Shown here: in pieces, positions 51,241-63,274 of the stretch
How positions within the stretch are numbered: the stretch's first letter is position 1
How the letters are laid out: the number at the start of each line of letters is the position of its first letter
Assembly (NCBI RefSeq): GCF_036321535.1
Contig: NC_087447.1
Span: forward strand, 50,656,001-50,720,000
DNA from: Camelus dromedarius
Taxonomy: Eukaryota
DNA length: 64,000 nt
Direction of reading: 5' to 3'
The notes under the pieces: generated by a model
The model's database searches: none
Told to the model about the DNA's origin: nothing
The model's input: only the letters and a program-made list of their open reading frames with translations
Translations under genes and position numbers: made by a program

Positions 51241-53239
51241 TTTCCTTCCTTTTTCTTCAGGCAGTCAAAATATCTGAAACCACTCTTAATGATCCATTGT
51301 TAGTGATTCATTTCTTTAAGTAGTATTACATTATGTGTGCCCCTGTGAAGGGTAACATTTTAAGCCATTACTAATTTCTTTCTCATGATTAATGTGTCAC
51401 ATTCTTGTGGCAACCAGCCAAGAGCAATCTATTTGGGAATGAGATTGAGGACAACATTAGAGAGGGGATAGAGATGCTAGGAGTGAGCAGATGGCCTTCA
51501 CATAAGGGGTGAAAGCTACCAAAAACAATTTAGAATCGTAGAACTTTAATATTAGAAGAGATTTTTTAAATTTAGTCCAATCTATAAATTTTATAAACAG
51601 AAAACAGCGCAAAAGAGAAAGTGGCCTGACTAGAAGTTAGGGGCAAGATTAGAACGCAAATTTTCTTTGTACCCTTTTGTTTCCTTTACCTGTTTTAGAA
51701 CTTCACCTTGCATTGATGGTGGCAGAAGTATAAAAGCTTTAAGTTTTTAGGAGACTTCTCCCAGATTTTCTTTTCATCTATTCACTCATTTAACTCTTTT
51801 TGCTTTCACTGACTGACATGCACAGTTATTGATAATCCTGGGGAGGGTAAAACTGAAGGCAGTTTCTTAATTTTTTCTTTTGTTTTTTTGCTTTTTCCAA
51901 GTATTCTGTACTGAGCATATGTTTGTTATTAGAAAAAATGCTAATAAAAAAAGAGAATGTATTCATGTATTTCTCATAAGTAAAAATAAGTATGTCCTAG
52001 AAAATAAAACCAAAGGAAAAAATGTTTTTTCATATTTAACTTTATTTATAATACAGAAACAAAAATAGGTTAAATGTTAGGTAGTAATGTAAGCTAAGCC
52101 AGACTTCATAACGTAAACAACAGATGTCCTGGTTATAAATACTACCCTTCTTTCTCTTTAGCTCCCTGTCTCAGTGAATGGAACCACCTTATACCCTAAG
52201 CCCAAACCAAAAACCTGTGATTCATCTTTAATTTCTCCTACTTTCACACCTCTACAAACTCTAAAACCTCTTGATTCAACTTCTATAGTTCTTGAATATG
52301 TCTACCTCTAGCCATCTCCACTGCCACTTCCTTGATTCATCATCTCCAACCTAGATTCCTGTAACTGGTTCCTAATTGGTGTCTCTGCCTCCTCCATCCT
52401 TTTGCACACTGAAATAGAAATGCTCTTCCTACAAACAAAACTAATTGTTTTCATTCTTCGAGCAATGTTTGCTAGGCTTTGTACAAGTGTTGGGGATGAA
52501 ATGTGTAAAATACAGTCCCTGCTCTTCAGATAGCATGTCACTTTTAAACCTCTTTAGTACTTCCCAGAGTTCAAGCTCATAAGTTTGAACCATGAGCTTT
52601 GTGGTCTGGCCCCTGCACACCTCACCCCACCCTAAAACTCTGTGTCCTTTTACCAGTCATAATTTTGCTAATTATGGTTTTGAAATACAACTTTTGTATT
52701 TGTATTACCCAGATCTTAAAATCCATGACCTTTTAACATATACTTAGTTCAATTTAATTTCTTTAAACAAGTAAACAGAAAAGCAGCCAACATCAGGAGT
52801 CCAGACCTTTCTTTTGAGCTACAGATCTATATTTCTAGTTGCCTGATTGACATTTCCACTTGACTGTCTCACAGAAACCTCAAACTCAACATATTGAAAA
52901 TTGTTCTTGTAATTTTCTCAGTTTTGATAATCTCAGTAAATTGTACTACCACCAACTGAAGTGTTTAGGCAAGAAACTTGGGAGTCATCCTTGGCATTCA
53001 TGAATCATTCTTCTGCCTCACCTTTATGTCAAATAAGTTACAAATCCCTGTTTATTTTACTTCCTAAATATTTCTCAAGTCTGTTCACATATGTCTAGTC
53101 CCAATTTTGCTACCTTAATCCAAATAGCAACTTTGCTTAGTCTGACTTCTGTAACCTCCTAGCTAATCCTCCCACGTCCATGCTTTTTCCCTTCAGAGCA
53201 CTCTCCACATGTACCTGATCTGGCACCAAATATTTATAC

Positions 53240-53585
53240 TCTATTAGTCAGCTCGGGATGCCATGATAAAATACCATAGACTAGGTGGCTTAAACAATAG
53301 TCATTTATTTTTCCATAGTTCTGGAGGCTGGAAGTCCAAGACCAGGGTGTCAGTATGGTCAAGTCTGGTGAGACCTCTCTTCCTGGCTTGCAGACAGCCA
53401 TCTTCTCGCAAGCTCTCTCTTGTCTTTTCTTAGAAGGGCAGTAATGCCATCGTGAGGTCCCTACCCTCATGACCCCATCTAACCCTAATTACCTCCCAAA
53501 GTCACCATCTCCAAATACCATCAGATTGTGGGTTAGGCCTTCAACATAGGAATTTAAGTCTGACACAAGCATTCAGTCCATAACA
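53240..53585 (-). mobile_element. MaLR LTR (MLT1A-like)
   Basis: aaataccatagactaggtggcttaaacaatag...ggaggctggaagtccaag...cattcagtccataaca. Confidence 0.85.
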
Positions 53586-53589
53586 ACTA

Positions 53590-54126
53590 TGTTTTCTTAT
53601 CTTCTGGATTCTTGAAGCTCTTGCATTTGAGTCCTCAGTGATTAGTGAGAGTGTGCCCCTCCCAGCGATAGCCAGTTCTTAGATAGAGCAAACAACTCAT
53701 TCTGGACTGTGCCCTTCATATGCTCAATCCAGAGCCCATACTCTAAACCACACTCCAGCTGGCAGTATTCCTCTGCCCTAATCACCTCAGGGCCAGGTAC
53801 CAGATAACTAGAGATAGCTCCTGTACCCCAGAGCCCGCTGAAGTTACTCAAGTTAGCCACTCCTATACCTGCTTATCCTCCCTTGCCTTGCCTTTCTCAT
53901 GAAAACTGCAATTAAACAGTCTCACCCACACTTTCCCCTTGCTCCTTCTGCCTCCTGACTGACCCTGGTGCTTTCCCATGTGACCCTGTGTGGCGTGGCA
54001 CGTTCCTTCATCTTGGGGACTGTGAAGACAAACTATCTTTTCAGTGGCAGTCATCTCCTGATCTGTTGGCCTCACTGTACCTGAATAATATTTATATATA
54101 TAAAATGAAACTTAGATTTTAAAACA
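53590..54126 (+). mobile_element. ERVL LTR (MER74-like)
   Basis: gggccaggtaccagataactag...ctgatctgttggcctcactgtacctgaataata...ttttaaaaca. Confidence 0.65.
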
Positions 54127-54138
54127 CACCACCATCAC

Positions 54139-54548
54139 TGCTATGGACTGAATTGTGTCCCTTCAGAAATCACATGTTGAATCCCTAATCCCCAATATGA
54201 CAGTATTTAGAGATGAGGCCTCAAGATGGTAATTAGTTTAGATGAGGTTATGAAGGTAGTGTCCTCATGATGGGATTAGTACTCTTATAAGAAAATCCAG
54301 AGAACTCCCCTCCGTCCCCATCTCTCTCTCCTTCCCCCTCTCCCTCCTCCTCTTTCCCTCATCCCTAATGTGAGGATACAGCAAGAAGGCAGCCATCTGT
54401 AAGCCAAGAGGGCCCTCACCAAGAACCAAATCTGCCAGCACAATCCTCTTGGACTTCCTAGCCTCCAGAACTGTGAGAAGCAAATGTCTATTGTTTAAGC
54501 TGCTCAGTCTGTGGCATTTTGTTATAGCGCTTCAAGCTGATGAAGACA
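54139..54548 (+). mobile_element. MaLR LTR (MLT1A0-like)
   Basis: TG start tgctatggactgaattgtgtccc, CA end gctgatgaagaca. Confidence 0.85.
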
Positions 54549-55419
54549 GTTACAGTTTAAACCTTTTCAATGACTTACCATTGCTTTTAAGATAAAATTA
54601 AGAATCTTTTAAGGCTAAAACATTTTGCCTGATCTGTCTGCTGCTTATCTCATAAGCCTCATTTTATATCCCTTTTTATCGCTAATTTGGCTTCAACCAC
54701 ATTGAGCTTCTTTCCAGTTCTTCAGATTCCCTTCCTACTGCAAGACCTTTGCACATGCTGTTTCCACTGCTGAGAGTTCTCATCTTCCCCTCATACCTCT
54801 TCACCCTAATCATGCATGCATATTTTTCAGGTCTCAATGTATATGTCACTTCTTCAAGGACAATTTTTCACAGTTCCCTTTTTTATGGTCATAGTACTCT
54901 GCACTTTTTCTTCATGCACTTATAATTATAGTTAAATATTTATTTGTGCCATTAACTGTTTAATGTCTCTCTCTCCTGCACCATGATAGCAAGGACTGTC
55001 TTATTTCCAGCACATAGCATAGTACCAGGCACATAGTAAGTGCTTAATAAATATTTGTTGAATCAATGAATAAAGAATGGCAGCAATTATTTCAGCTGCT
55101 GTTCATAGACTAAATGTATAGGCCCATGGAATAATACAGAGAAAGTAGATCTTTTAATGCCCCACCCTCCAAATATGTGGATAGCAGATCCCCAAAAATG
55201 GGTCACTTGAGAACCTCAGTACATTGTGGAGAGGCCATATAGTGAGAGATATTTTCCTAATGTATGAAAAATGAAATACAATAAAAATGCAAAAGATGTT
55301 TAGTGTAAAGCCAATAGATCCTTGTTCAAAACTTTAAAGGATACTCTACTATATGGTAAACTTTATGTCACAATACTATGCCAGTTTTTTGAACATTTAA
55401 ATGTGATTCAAGTGAAAGG

Positions 55420-55640
55420 TTTTGGAGGCAACACAATATGGAAGAGTCCATTTAAAATCTGGCTCTGTTGTTTATTAGCATTGCAATCTTAGACAAAGTA
55501 CTTAAACTGTCTGAGCCTTAGTGTTCTCATCATGGAATGGAGATAATAGTTCCTACCTTAGAGTTGTGACAATAAAATGAAATAATGAATGTGAAACACT
55601 TAATCATAAAACTTTGCCTAAATGCTGCCATTCTCATTAT
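55420..55640 (+). mobile_element. MIR SINE remnant
   Basis: tacttaaactgtctgagccttagtgttctcatcatggaatggagataatagttcctacct. Confidence 0.65.
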
Positions 55641-56532
55641 TCCAATAAATTACTAGAATATAGCATTTTGCATAAGTTCTCTTCCTTCTTCCTAGAATGC
55701 CTTTCTTTGCCATCCCATTTCGTTTCCTGCCGCAGCCGTCTCTGGCTTCTTTCTGCCCCTTTTGTTGGAGTCTTTACTCTGTATTTAGTAGTATATTTTT
55801 CTTTTGGTCTGCCTCACTAGGTAGAGGGTGGTGACTATGTCTTGTTTACATCATATCCTCATCTCCTAATGTGTTGTCTGGCACATAGTAGATATATTAT
55901 TAAAGGATTAATTAAATGCATATCTAGTGAATAAATTCTATAGCATTGGTTTAAAGATTAGAAATAACCTATCTACAACACTTAGCTTAGTGTCTAGCTT
56001 ATTGTTTAATATGTAATATCTATAGTTATTATTATTGCTAATAATAATATTATTAATTTTCTGAGACATACTGAGACATTACTTGGATTAACTAACTTAC
56101 TTCCCCAGCCGTTAGTATCTCTTCTGATGTAGATGAGTGGACATTTCATTTATCTTAAGTGTTATAGGATGGAAGAAAAATACAAAAGAATACTGATAGG
56201 ACCTGTCATCTGTAGATGGTGAATATCATTCTTTCCTGGAGATATGTTATCATGGTTTGTGATACTGAAATATTCAAGCTATCCAGTGAGTCAGGCAGCC
56301 TACTTAGGTGCATACGTTAGCACAGACAGATGGATGGATAAGCTTATTTATTCAGAAACAATAAACTAAATATACACACTCAGAATATGTTATATGATGA
56401 TAAATATATAAGAGAATTTAGTAAAAAATATTAGATAAGAGGTGTCTATCTTAATCATTCTGATGTTTTATTTTAGATTTACATAATAATTGCAGCTCTA
56501 CAATATTCAAGTCATTTCTTTGTTTCTTATAG

Positions 56533-56585
56533 CTATTGGATGAACTCCCAATGATTTACAGCTGTTGTATATTTGTATACTGCAT
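56533..56585 (+). CDS. ACER3: ACER3 coding exon (exon 4 orthologue), 53 bp
   Basis: TTATAG acceptor, GTAAGT donor; LLDELPMIYSCCIFVYC(M) with conserved DELP. Confidence 0.96.
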
Positions 56586-57296
56586 GTAAGTACATTTAAA
56601 ATTCTTTTGCTTGATATGTTTTAAAACTCTTATTTGCTTCATAGAAAATTAAGTAATATAACTAATCCAGTTTTATTAGTAAGAGATTGTAGTAGTGCAG
56701 AAGATTATAACTTTTGTGATCTCAATGTAGAGTAAAATCTCTGGAAAGTTATAATAATGTTGTTTATGAACTTTTATGATCTCAAACCTTATAGCCAGTT
56801 TAGATAGACTTATTTAAATTGCATAATTTGCCTTTCCTTGAGTTATGAATATATAAAAATTTAGATAAAGATTTAAATTTTATGCCATAATAACATTTAC
56901 CTACTTTCTACCTGTAATTGTGCTAGGCAGTATACCAAGTCATCTCTAAATTCTCAGAATTGTGCACAACAAATGGGTATTGTCCCGTTTGATGAAGTGA
57001 AGCACAGAGAGAATTAGTAACTTGTTTACGTATGCAAGCAGAGCTTATGCTTAGGTGACTGGCTTAAGGTCATGCAGTTAGTATGTGTCAGAGTTGGAAA
57101 CTGAACTACAAGTTTAATAACCTTAACCTTTAAAGTACACCTGTTCTCTAGTGCTAATACTTAAGACTTTTCTAAACTCCTTATGTGATATTATCTGATT
57201 CTTTTCAACATGATCATTCTTGTGGGCTCAATATCTTCTTCTAAAGATACGTAAAAATCAATATACTTTGAAAAAACGTATTATTAAAAAGAGCTC

Positions 57297-57511
57297 ATCA
57301 GAAACATTTTCTGTAAAGAGCCAGACAGTAATTATTTTAGGATTTGTGGGCCTGTGGTCTCTGTTGCAACTCTTCATCTCTGCTATTGTAGCGTGAAAAT
57401 GGCCATAGGTAATATGTAAATCAATGGGTGTGACTGTGTTCCAGTAAGTTTTATTTATAAAAACAGGCTTAGGTTGAGAAATTCGTTCTTGTACTATAAT
57501 TTGCTGCCCCT
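57297..57511 (+). mobile_element. hAT-Charlie MITE MER58A-like
   Basis: aaacattttctgtaaagagccagacagtaattattttagg...tgtgttccagtaagttttatttataaaaacaggc...tttgctgcccct. Confidence 0.8.
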
Positions 57512-57977
57512 AATCTAGAAAAATATTTTCAGATGAGCTCTTTTTAATGTCAGCAAGTCACAGAATTAAAGGTAAAAGAGATCTTAGTGCTAGCAAAGAG
57601 ATCCCTAGTGCTAACACTTAAGATTCTCAGAACCTTTATGTGTTGGTTATCTGATTCTTTTCAATATGATCACCATTACTTTCCAACTACCTTTCTTTAC
57701 AGATAAGGAAAAGGAGTTGTGTCCAGTTCCTGTTAATTAGTAAACTGAGATAACTCTCTTGCTGCTTGTATTAACTATAGGCTCAAAGGTTGGATACTTA
57801 AATAATAGCCAAGTATATGTTCATATTTCCTTAATCACTGAATGTTTCCTGTGTGTCAGGCTATCACAGTGACTAAGTGTATGGAAAAAAGCTTTTATTC
57901 CTTCACGCAAGTTCACAGTCTGGATGGGGAGACATCTAGATAGAGACAATGGTAATAAAGTGCTATTTTCTATGATG

Positions 57978-58440
57978 GTGTGCCTTAGTCAGGGTTCATT
58001 CATTCCAAGATGTGGAAACCTGTGTAAACCAGTTGATTTAAGAAAGATTTATTTATTGTAAAGACACAAGGGAATTATATGGCACCCAGTAGCTTGAAGT
58101 ACAGCTTACTAGAACGCGAAAGGCAGCTTCTCTCTCCCTTCCTCTTTTCTCCATTCCTTCCTCCCCACATGGCTTCAAGTCTATATCTGCTTTATTTTTC
58201 TCTTCCTGTGGATCACTCCTCTGCTCACTTATTTACTTCAAGTTAGCTTCCCAAATAAAAGCATCAGACTAAGTCCATATGGCTTTATACTTTTTGACTC
58301 TCTACGCTTGATTCAGTCTCTCGCTCCCAAACTCCAAATTTTCAGAAGAGAGCCTCTCATTGGCCCAGTTTAAGTCAGGTGTCTGCTCCTGGTCCCACAG
58401 CCTCTTGGAGGCTCTAGGCAGTGTGGGTTCTCTAAAATGA
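57978..58440 (-). mobile_element. Ancient MaLR LTR (MLT1K/L-like)
   Basis: ttagtcagggttc...ctcattggcccagtttaagtcaggtgtc; very degenerate. Confidence 0.45.
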
Positions 58441-58561
58441 GAGTGTGGGTGAGAGGAAATGATGGGCAGAGGGGCATGTATACAGTGGTAAAATAGTGTT
58501 CTATTTGTTTTCCTAGTTATATATTCTAAAGCAAGTTTTTTTTTTCTCTTTTCTTTTTAAG

Positions 58562-58643
58562 GTTTGAATGTTTCAAGGTGAAGAACTCTGTAAACTACCA
58601 TCTGCTTTTTACCTTAATTCTATTTAGTTTAATAGTAACCACA
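58562..58643 (+). CDS. ACER3: ACER3 coding exon (exon 5 orthologue), 82 bp
   Basis: Long T-rich tract + TAAG acceptor, GTAAGT donor; (M)FECFKVKNSVNYHLLFTLILFSLIVTT, phase consistent. Confidence 0.95.
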
Positions 58644-59059
58644 GTAAGTCATTTTTTGTTTCTAACAGATTAAGCATGTGAACTAACCATTTATGGAGTT
58701 TGATACATTTTGCTTCCATTGTTTGCTTCATGCTGTTCAAACTGAAATATTTCTACACAAAACTTACAGATACTTCCTTTGTTTCCTGTTTAGGTGTTAT
58801 TTCTCAACAAAAAGTTGGAACAACTTTTAAAAACATCTGGCTTTTTTTTTTTTTTTACAAGAGGGGGGAACGTCAAAAGGCAGATATTTAGTAGCAATGG
58901 AAAAAAATTAACTTTTCCTCCTATTTGTTAAAAAAAAAGAGAGAGAGATTGGCTCTGCTCTGTTGGGCCTAGTGTCACTATTACAATGGTTAACCTTTTC
59001 CAAATAGAGTGAGCTAGCTGATCACTTCTGATCCTACCCTAGTGTTTTTTTTCCTCAAG

Positions 59060-60940
59060 TGAATTACATTTTGTATTGAGATATTCATCTCAACAAACTT
59101 TTATCACATAGCATATCAGGCAATAGAAAAATACAAAGATGACTAAGAAGTGGTCGCTATGCTTGAGGAGGGCATTCTAGAAGGGAAGTCAAAAATGTAA
59201 ACAGAATTGTATCAAAAGATGATAATTGCAATAATAGAGGTAAAAACTAGTTATATGATGATGAAGTAAAGGAAGATTACTGGAGATTGAGTAGGTCAAA
59301 GAAAGCTGCAGAAAGGTACACTTGAGCTGGGTTTTAATTGATGATTAGGGGTTCACCAGGCCCCTAGGTAAGAGTGTTGTGAAGCACTTTTAAATAGACC
59401 ATTACATTGTCCACAGGCATAGAATCTTGGAACACATAGTGAACTATCATTTTTAAGTGCTTAGTATGTGCCAGATACTGTACTGAGTACTTTACATTTA
59501 TTTTCTCATGAAATCATCACCGTCAGTGGAATTGGGAGAGATTTAATATGCCTGGATCATATGTTAAGTAGTGAGGAATGAATGAGTCTAGCAAATTAGA
59601 CAAATATCAGATTATAAAGACCCTTGTACTTGTTTAAGCTTGGATTTTATCTTCAAGGTAGCATGGAGCCATTAACTGGTGTAAAGTAGAGGAAAAGCAT
59701 AATTAGATATGTGTTTTATAAAGATTTGATTATGGAGGATGGATTAGAAGAGTATGAGGCTAGACCTCAGGAATTTTGCATTTGCTGAGGCAAGATATGA
59801 GACTTAAACTGAAGTAAAATAGCTGTCATAAGTAATCCATAGTACTTGTGACCCCTTAAGTAGGAAGGCATAGGAATGGAGTAAAAAGAAAGAATTGTCT
59901 AGAATGATTCCTCGTTTGTGGCCTAGTTGTCAGGATACATAGTAGGTCCTTAACCAAGACAGGAAACTTGGAGGATGAGCAGATTTTCCAGGAAAGATAA
60001 TGAGTAGGTTTGTGTCATGGAGTACGGGTAGGGTAAAGTTCAATTTAGAATGTGCTGAGGTTGAGGTGCTTGATATTAATGTTACCATAGCCTTAACAAG
60101 TAGGCTGAGCTGAAGATGTGGATTTGGGAGTTGTCACGTCATGGGTAGTAGTAGAAATGCAGGAATCGATGAACTGGCACACACATAGCATGGACCATTA
60201 TGATGACCAAAGGTACAACCCTATGGAACACTGTTTTTTTTTTTTTCACAGCAATAAAAAAAATAATATACATATATGATATTGTACCCTAAAAGTTACA
60301 GTTGATTTGTCTGTTTGACATTTAAAGCCTGTCAGTATACAAATTCTTTCTAAGATAAAATCAGGATATCTCATTTTATAATGCCTAAGTATTTCAGTAA
60401 GAATCATCATCTTAAATAAGAATTTAAATTGATACATTTAAGGTATACCACGTGATGATTTGTTACACATATACATAGTGAAAAGATTACTACAGTCTGG
60501 CTCATTAACATATCTTCTCACATAGTTACTTATTTTTCTGTGTGACGAGAGCACCTAGATGAAAGCATCTCCTCTTATAGTAAGCTTCCAGAATTCAGGT
60601 CAGAGTTTTTAACTATGGTCATCATGCTGAACATTCAAACACTGACCACTTGAGAGCCAGGTGAAAGAAATGGAGCCAGAAAAGGAGGCTGATAATAAGT
60701 AATCAGAGATGTAAGAAAATCAGGAACACCTGATGTCACAGAGTACAGCAAGATTTCTATAAGGAGGAACAGTGTCAGTTTCCTCTGAGAGGATGAATAA
60801 AATGAAATTGAAAGTTTGACCCATAAAAATTTCAGCTAAAAGACCAAGTAACCTTAATGAGGGTACTGTCAGCCACAGATAGATGGAGGTAGGAGCTAGA
60901 TCTCAGTCAGTTGAGAAGATGAATAGGAGATTGAAAGAGC
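59060..60940 (-). mobile_element. LINE-2 remnants
   Basis: Reverse L2 3' end and internal blocks; interrupted at 60234-60637. Confidence 0.6.
60234..60637 (-). mobile_element. L1MA-like 3' fragment plus extra sequence and poly-T
   Basis: T13 at 60234-60246, L1MA-like 3'UTR at about 60420-60636, 7-bp repeat AACACTG on both sides. Confidence 0.6.
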
Positions 60941-61130
60941 ATAAATACTCAATTATGTTTCCACATTGCTCTGAGTAGTGCTTTGCATAAATACATACTC
61001 ATTAATCATGAAAGAATCCTGGAATTTCAGAGGTGAAAGGAAGTCTCGTTACTATATAAAAGAAGAGATTAATGTCCAGAGAATTGCAGTGACTTGCCTG
61101 GCCAACCAAATTATATGGTGAATTGATGGT

Positions 61131-61556
61131 TGTGAGCTGGTCTTGAGATGAGTTAAGGCCGTGGGACCCAAGGCCACGACTAGAGCATTGAGATGAGTTA
61201 CAGCCGTGGGACCCAAGGCCACGATCAGAGCATGTTTATAGTATGCAGTAAATAATTGCTCCACACATGCGTCAATTATATAAGATTTAGAACAAAGAAA
61301 ATAGAAGTACGCATGTGCTAGAGATATTCTGTAAGCCTAAAGAACAAAGAAACTCAGACCGCGCATGTGCTGACAGAAAACAGATAAAAGCAGGACAGGT
61401 GCATCATAGGCGCGCACCTCCCTGTGGCAATAAAGTGTTGTTAACCCCATGGTGTCTCCAGCTGAAGTCTGTCCGGCAGTATGGCAACTCCTCGTGCATT
61501 TTTTTGTTTGGGCCGCTCACCTCCTAGAACCCCACATCAGCCTCCCTCAGCTGACA
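61131..61556 (+). mobile_element. Young endogenous retrovirus solo LTR, 426 bp
   Basis: TGTGAGCTG...CAGCTGACA termini (8/9 inverted match), 5-bp TSD ATGGT (61126-61130, 61557-61561), GATAAAA TATA-like box, AATAAA 61429-61434, retained CpGs. Confidence 0.88.
61143..61232. repeat. 45-bp tandem duplication in LTR U3
   Basis: TTGAGATGAGTTA..GCCGTGGGACCCAAGGCCACGA..AGAGCA x2, 4 mismatches. Confidence 0.95.
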
Positions 61557-61589
61557 ATGGTAAAGATTAGACCCCCTTCGTAAATTGAG

Positions 61590-61800
61590 AACTGATATGG
61601 TTGGAAACATAGGCTTGGGAGTCAGTCAGATCTGAGTTTGGACCAATACTTACTGAATAACTGTGGGACTTTGGGCAAGTTACTCAATCTCTCTTTGCCT
61701 TAGTTTTCCTCATATGCAAAATGAAAATGATAATAGCATACATTTCATATTAGTTGTGAGAACTAATACCTGGCTCATATTAAGGACTCTAATTCTTCTG
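61590..61800 (+). mobile_element. MIR SINE remnant
   Basis: actttgggcaagttactcaatctctctttgccttagttttcctcatatgcaaaatg. Confidence 0.7.
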
Positions 61801-63238
61801 CCTTTAAAAATATGCCTTTAAGAGGCATGCCCTTCTGCATTTCTTTTTTTTAGTAACAGTGAGACTCTCAAATTATATAAAGGAAAATTAGTATTTTGAA
61901 ATAAATTTCAGAGATTAAAAGCATTCTGCTTTACTAAGTTTAGAGTTATACATATAATAATGTCGCTCATACAGCTTACTAGTAAAGCTCTGTGAATGCT
62001 TAAAGGAATAAATCTGCTCTTGTTGTAATGAGGGTAGCAACTTCCTCTAGGAATAAGAAGTTCTGTAGCCAAATTATAAAATTACATAAAATTTGTTAGA
62101 TCAGCACTACCTTAAATGAGAATATAGAGATGTATAAGAACAGTTCTTGCTGCCAAAAAAGATTATTGCCTTGGAGGGGACAGAAACAAATTAATAAATG
62201 CCATAAAGTTTATACATGGACAGTCAGGGTAGAAGGGAGGATGAGTGGCAGATTCTGCATTTAGAGAAGGAATCAGAAAAGGCTTCAAGAAAGCACTATC
62301 GTTGGAGCTGAATCTTGAAAAATGAGGATTTCTGAACAAAATAAAAAGCATAAAACTAGCATATTTGGGGTAGCACTATGCTTTCTGGAGCCTAGGATGA
62401 GAAAGAGACAAGAGAAGAGGAATAGGCCAACTAGCAAGGCAGGAGCAAGATCATGGAAAGCTTTGAAATTTGGATTTTGTCTTTAAGTGATGGGAGTCAT
62501 TTCAGGGTTATGATTTAAATTTTGATTCCTCTCTACCATGTCATTTTAAAGGTGTACTCTTGTCAGACAATAAATGCGTGCAATAAGTAGGCATTGAACT
62601 TAATCACCCATGTGACATCGGCGCCTAAAACTAGGGTTTATGTAACTAGGAATACATCTAGGTGAGTGAGTTAGAGGTTTTCGGAAGCAGAAGAAAGGAT
62701 AAGAAATTTGTTGTGAATGTTTATTAGCACCTATTATGTGCTAGACAGTTGCACATATTTTAGCTTATTATTGCTTACTGTTATTCCCATTCTCCAGATA
62801 AGGAAAAATGAGTAGGAAGTCAGTGGCAGAGTTTGAAATTTAACTCTTGTCACCAAGTCCAGCATTCTTGCTACTGTAGAGTAGAGCAGATGTGCTGCAG
62901 CGATTATCAGCATAACCTCCTCAGCCCTCATGAGTGTCTGTGCTTCTCTGGCCCTCCTTGATGTTGATACAGAGGCCAAGAGGCTAGAATAATCCCTAAC
63001 AGCTTTAAAACATTTAGTTTACCATGATAAAGCTAGCACCGGAGCAGTGCCACATGTAGGTATTAGCCCCTTCGTGGTATGCCACCTAATCTGATTGGTT
63101 TTATGTGGCTTGAGTCAGATCTAAGAAGCAAGACTAGGGAAGCAGAAGAGATTTGAGATTTGCAGAGTAGTTGGAATAGGTTTTCTTTCCCCTTCATAAT
63201 GCATTTCATTCACATATGTTTTTGTTAATATTTTTCAG

Positions 63239-63274
63239 GTTTACCTTAAGGTAAAGGAGCCTATATTCCATCAG
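63239..63274 (+). CDS. ACER3: ACER3 coding exon (exon 6 orthologue), 36 bp
   Basis: TTTTTCAG acceptor, GTAATT donor; VYLKVKEPIFHQ. Confidence 0.94.

Larger units (their letters stand above)
52090..55075 (+). mobile_element. LINE-2 remnants interrupted by three LTRs
   Basis: L2-like blocks and 3' end cacatagtaagtgcttaataaatatttgttgaatcaatgaat. Confidence 0.6.

Noticed and set aside
61143..61232. CRISPR-like or coding repeat
   Set aside because: Two adjacent units without spacers, inside an LTR in mammalian DNA
62608..62646. E-box (CATGTGAC) near D-box (TTATGTAA)
   Set aside because: Motif co-occurrence cannot be distinguished from chance without conservation or chromatin data
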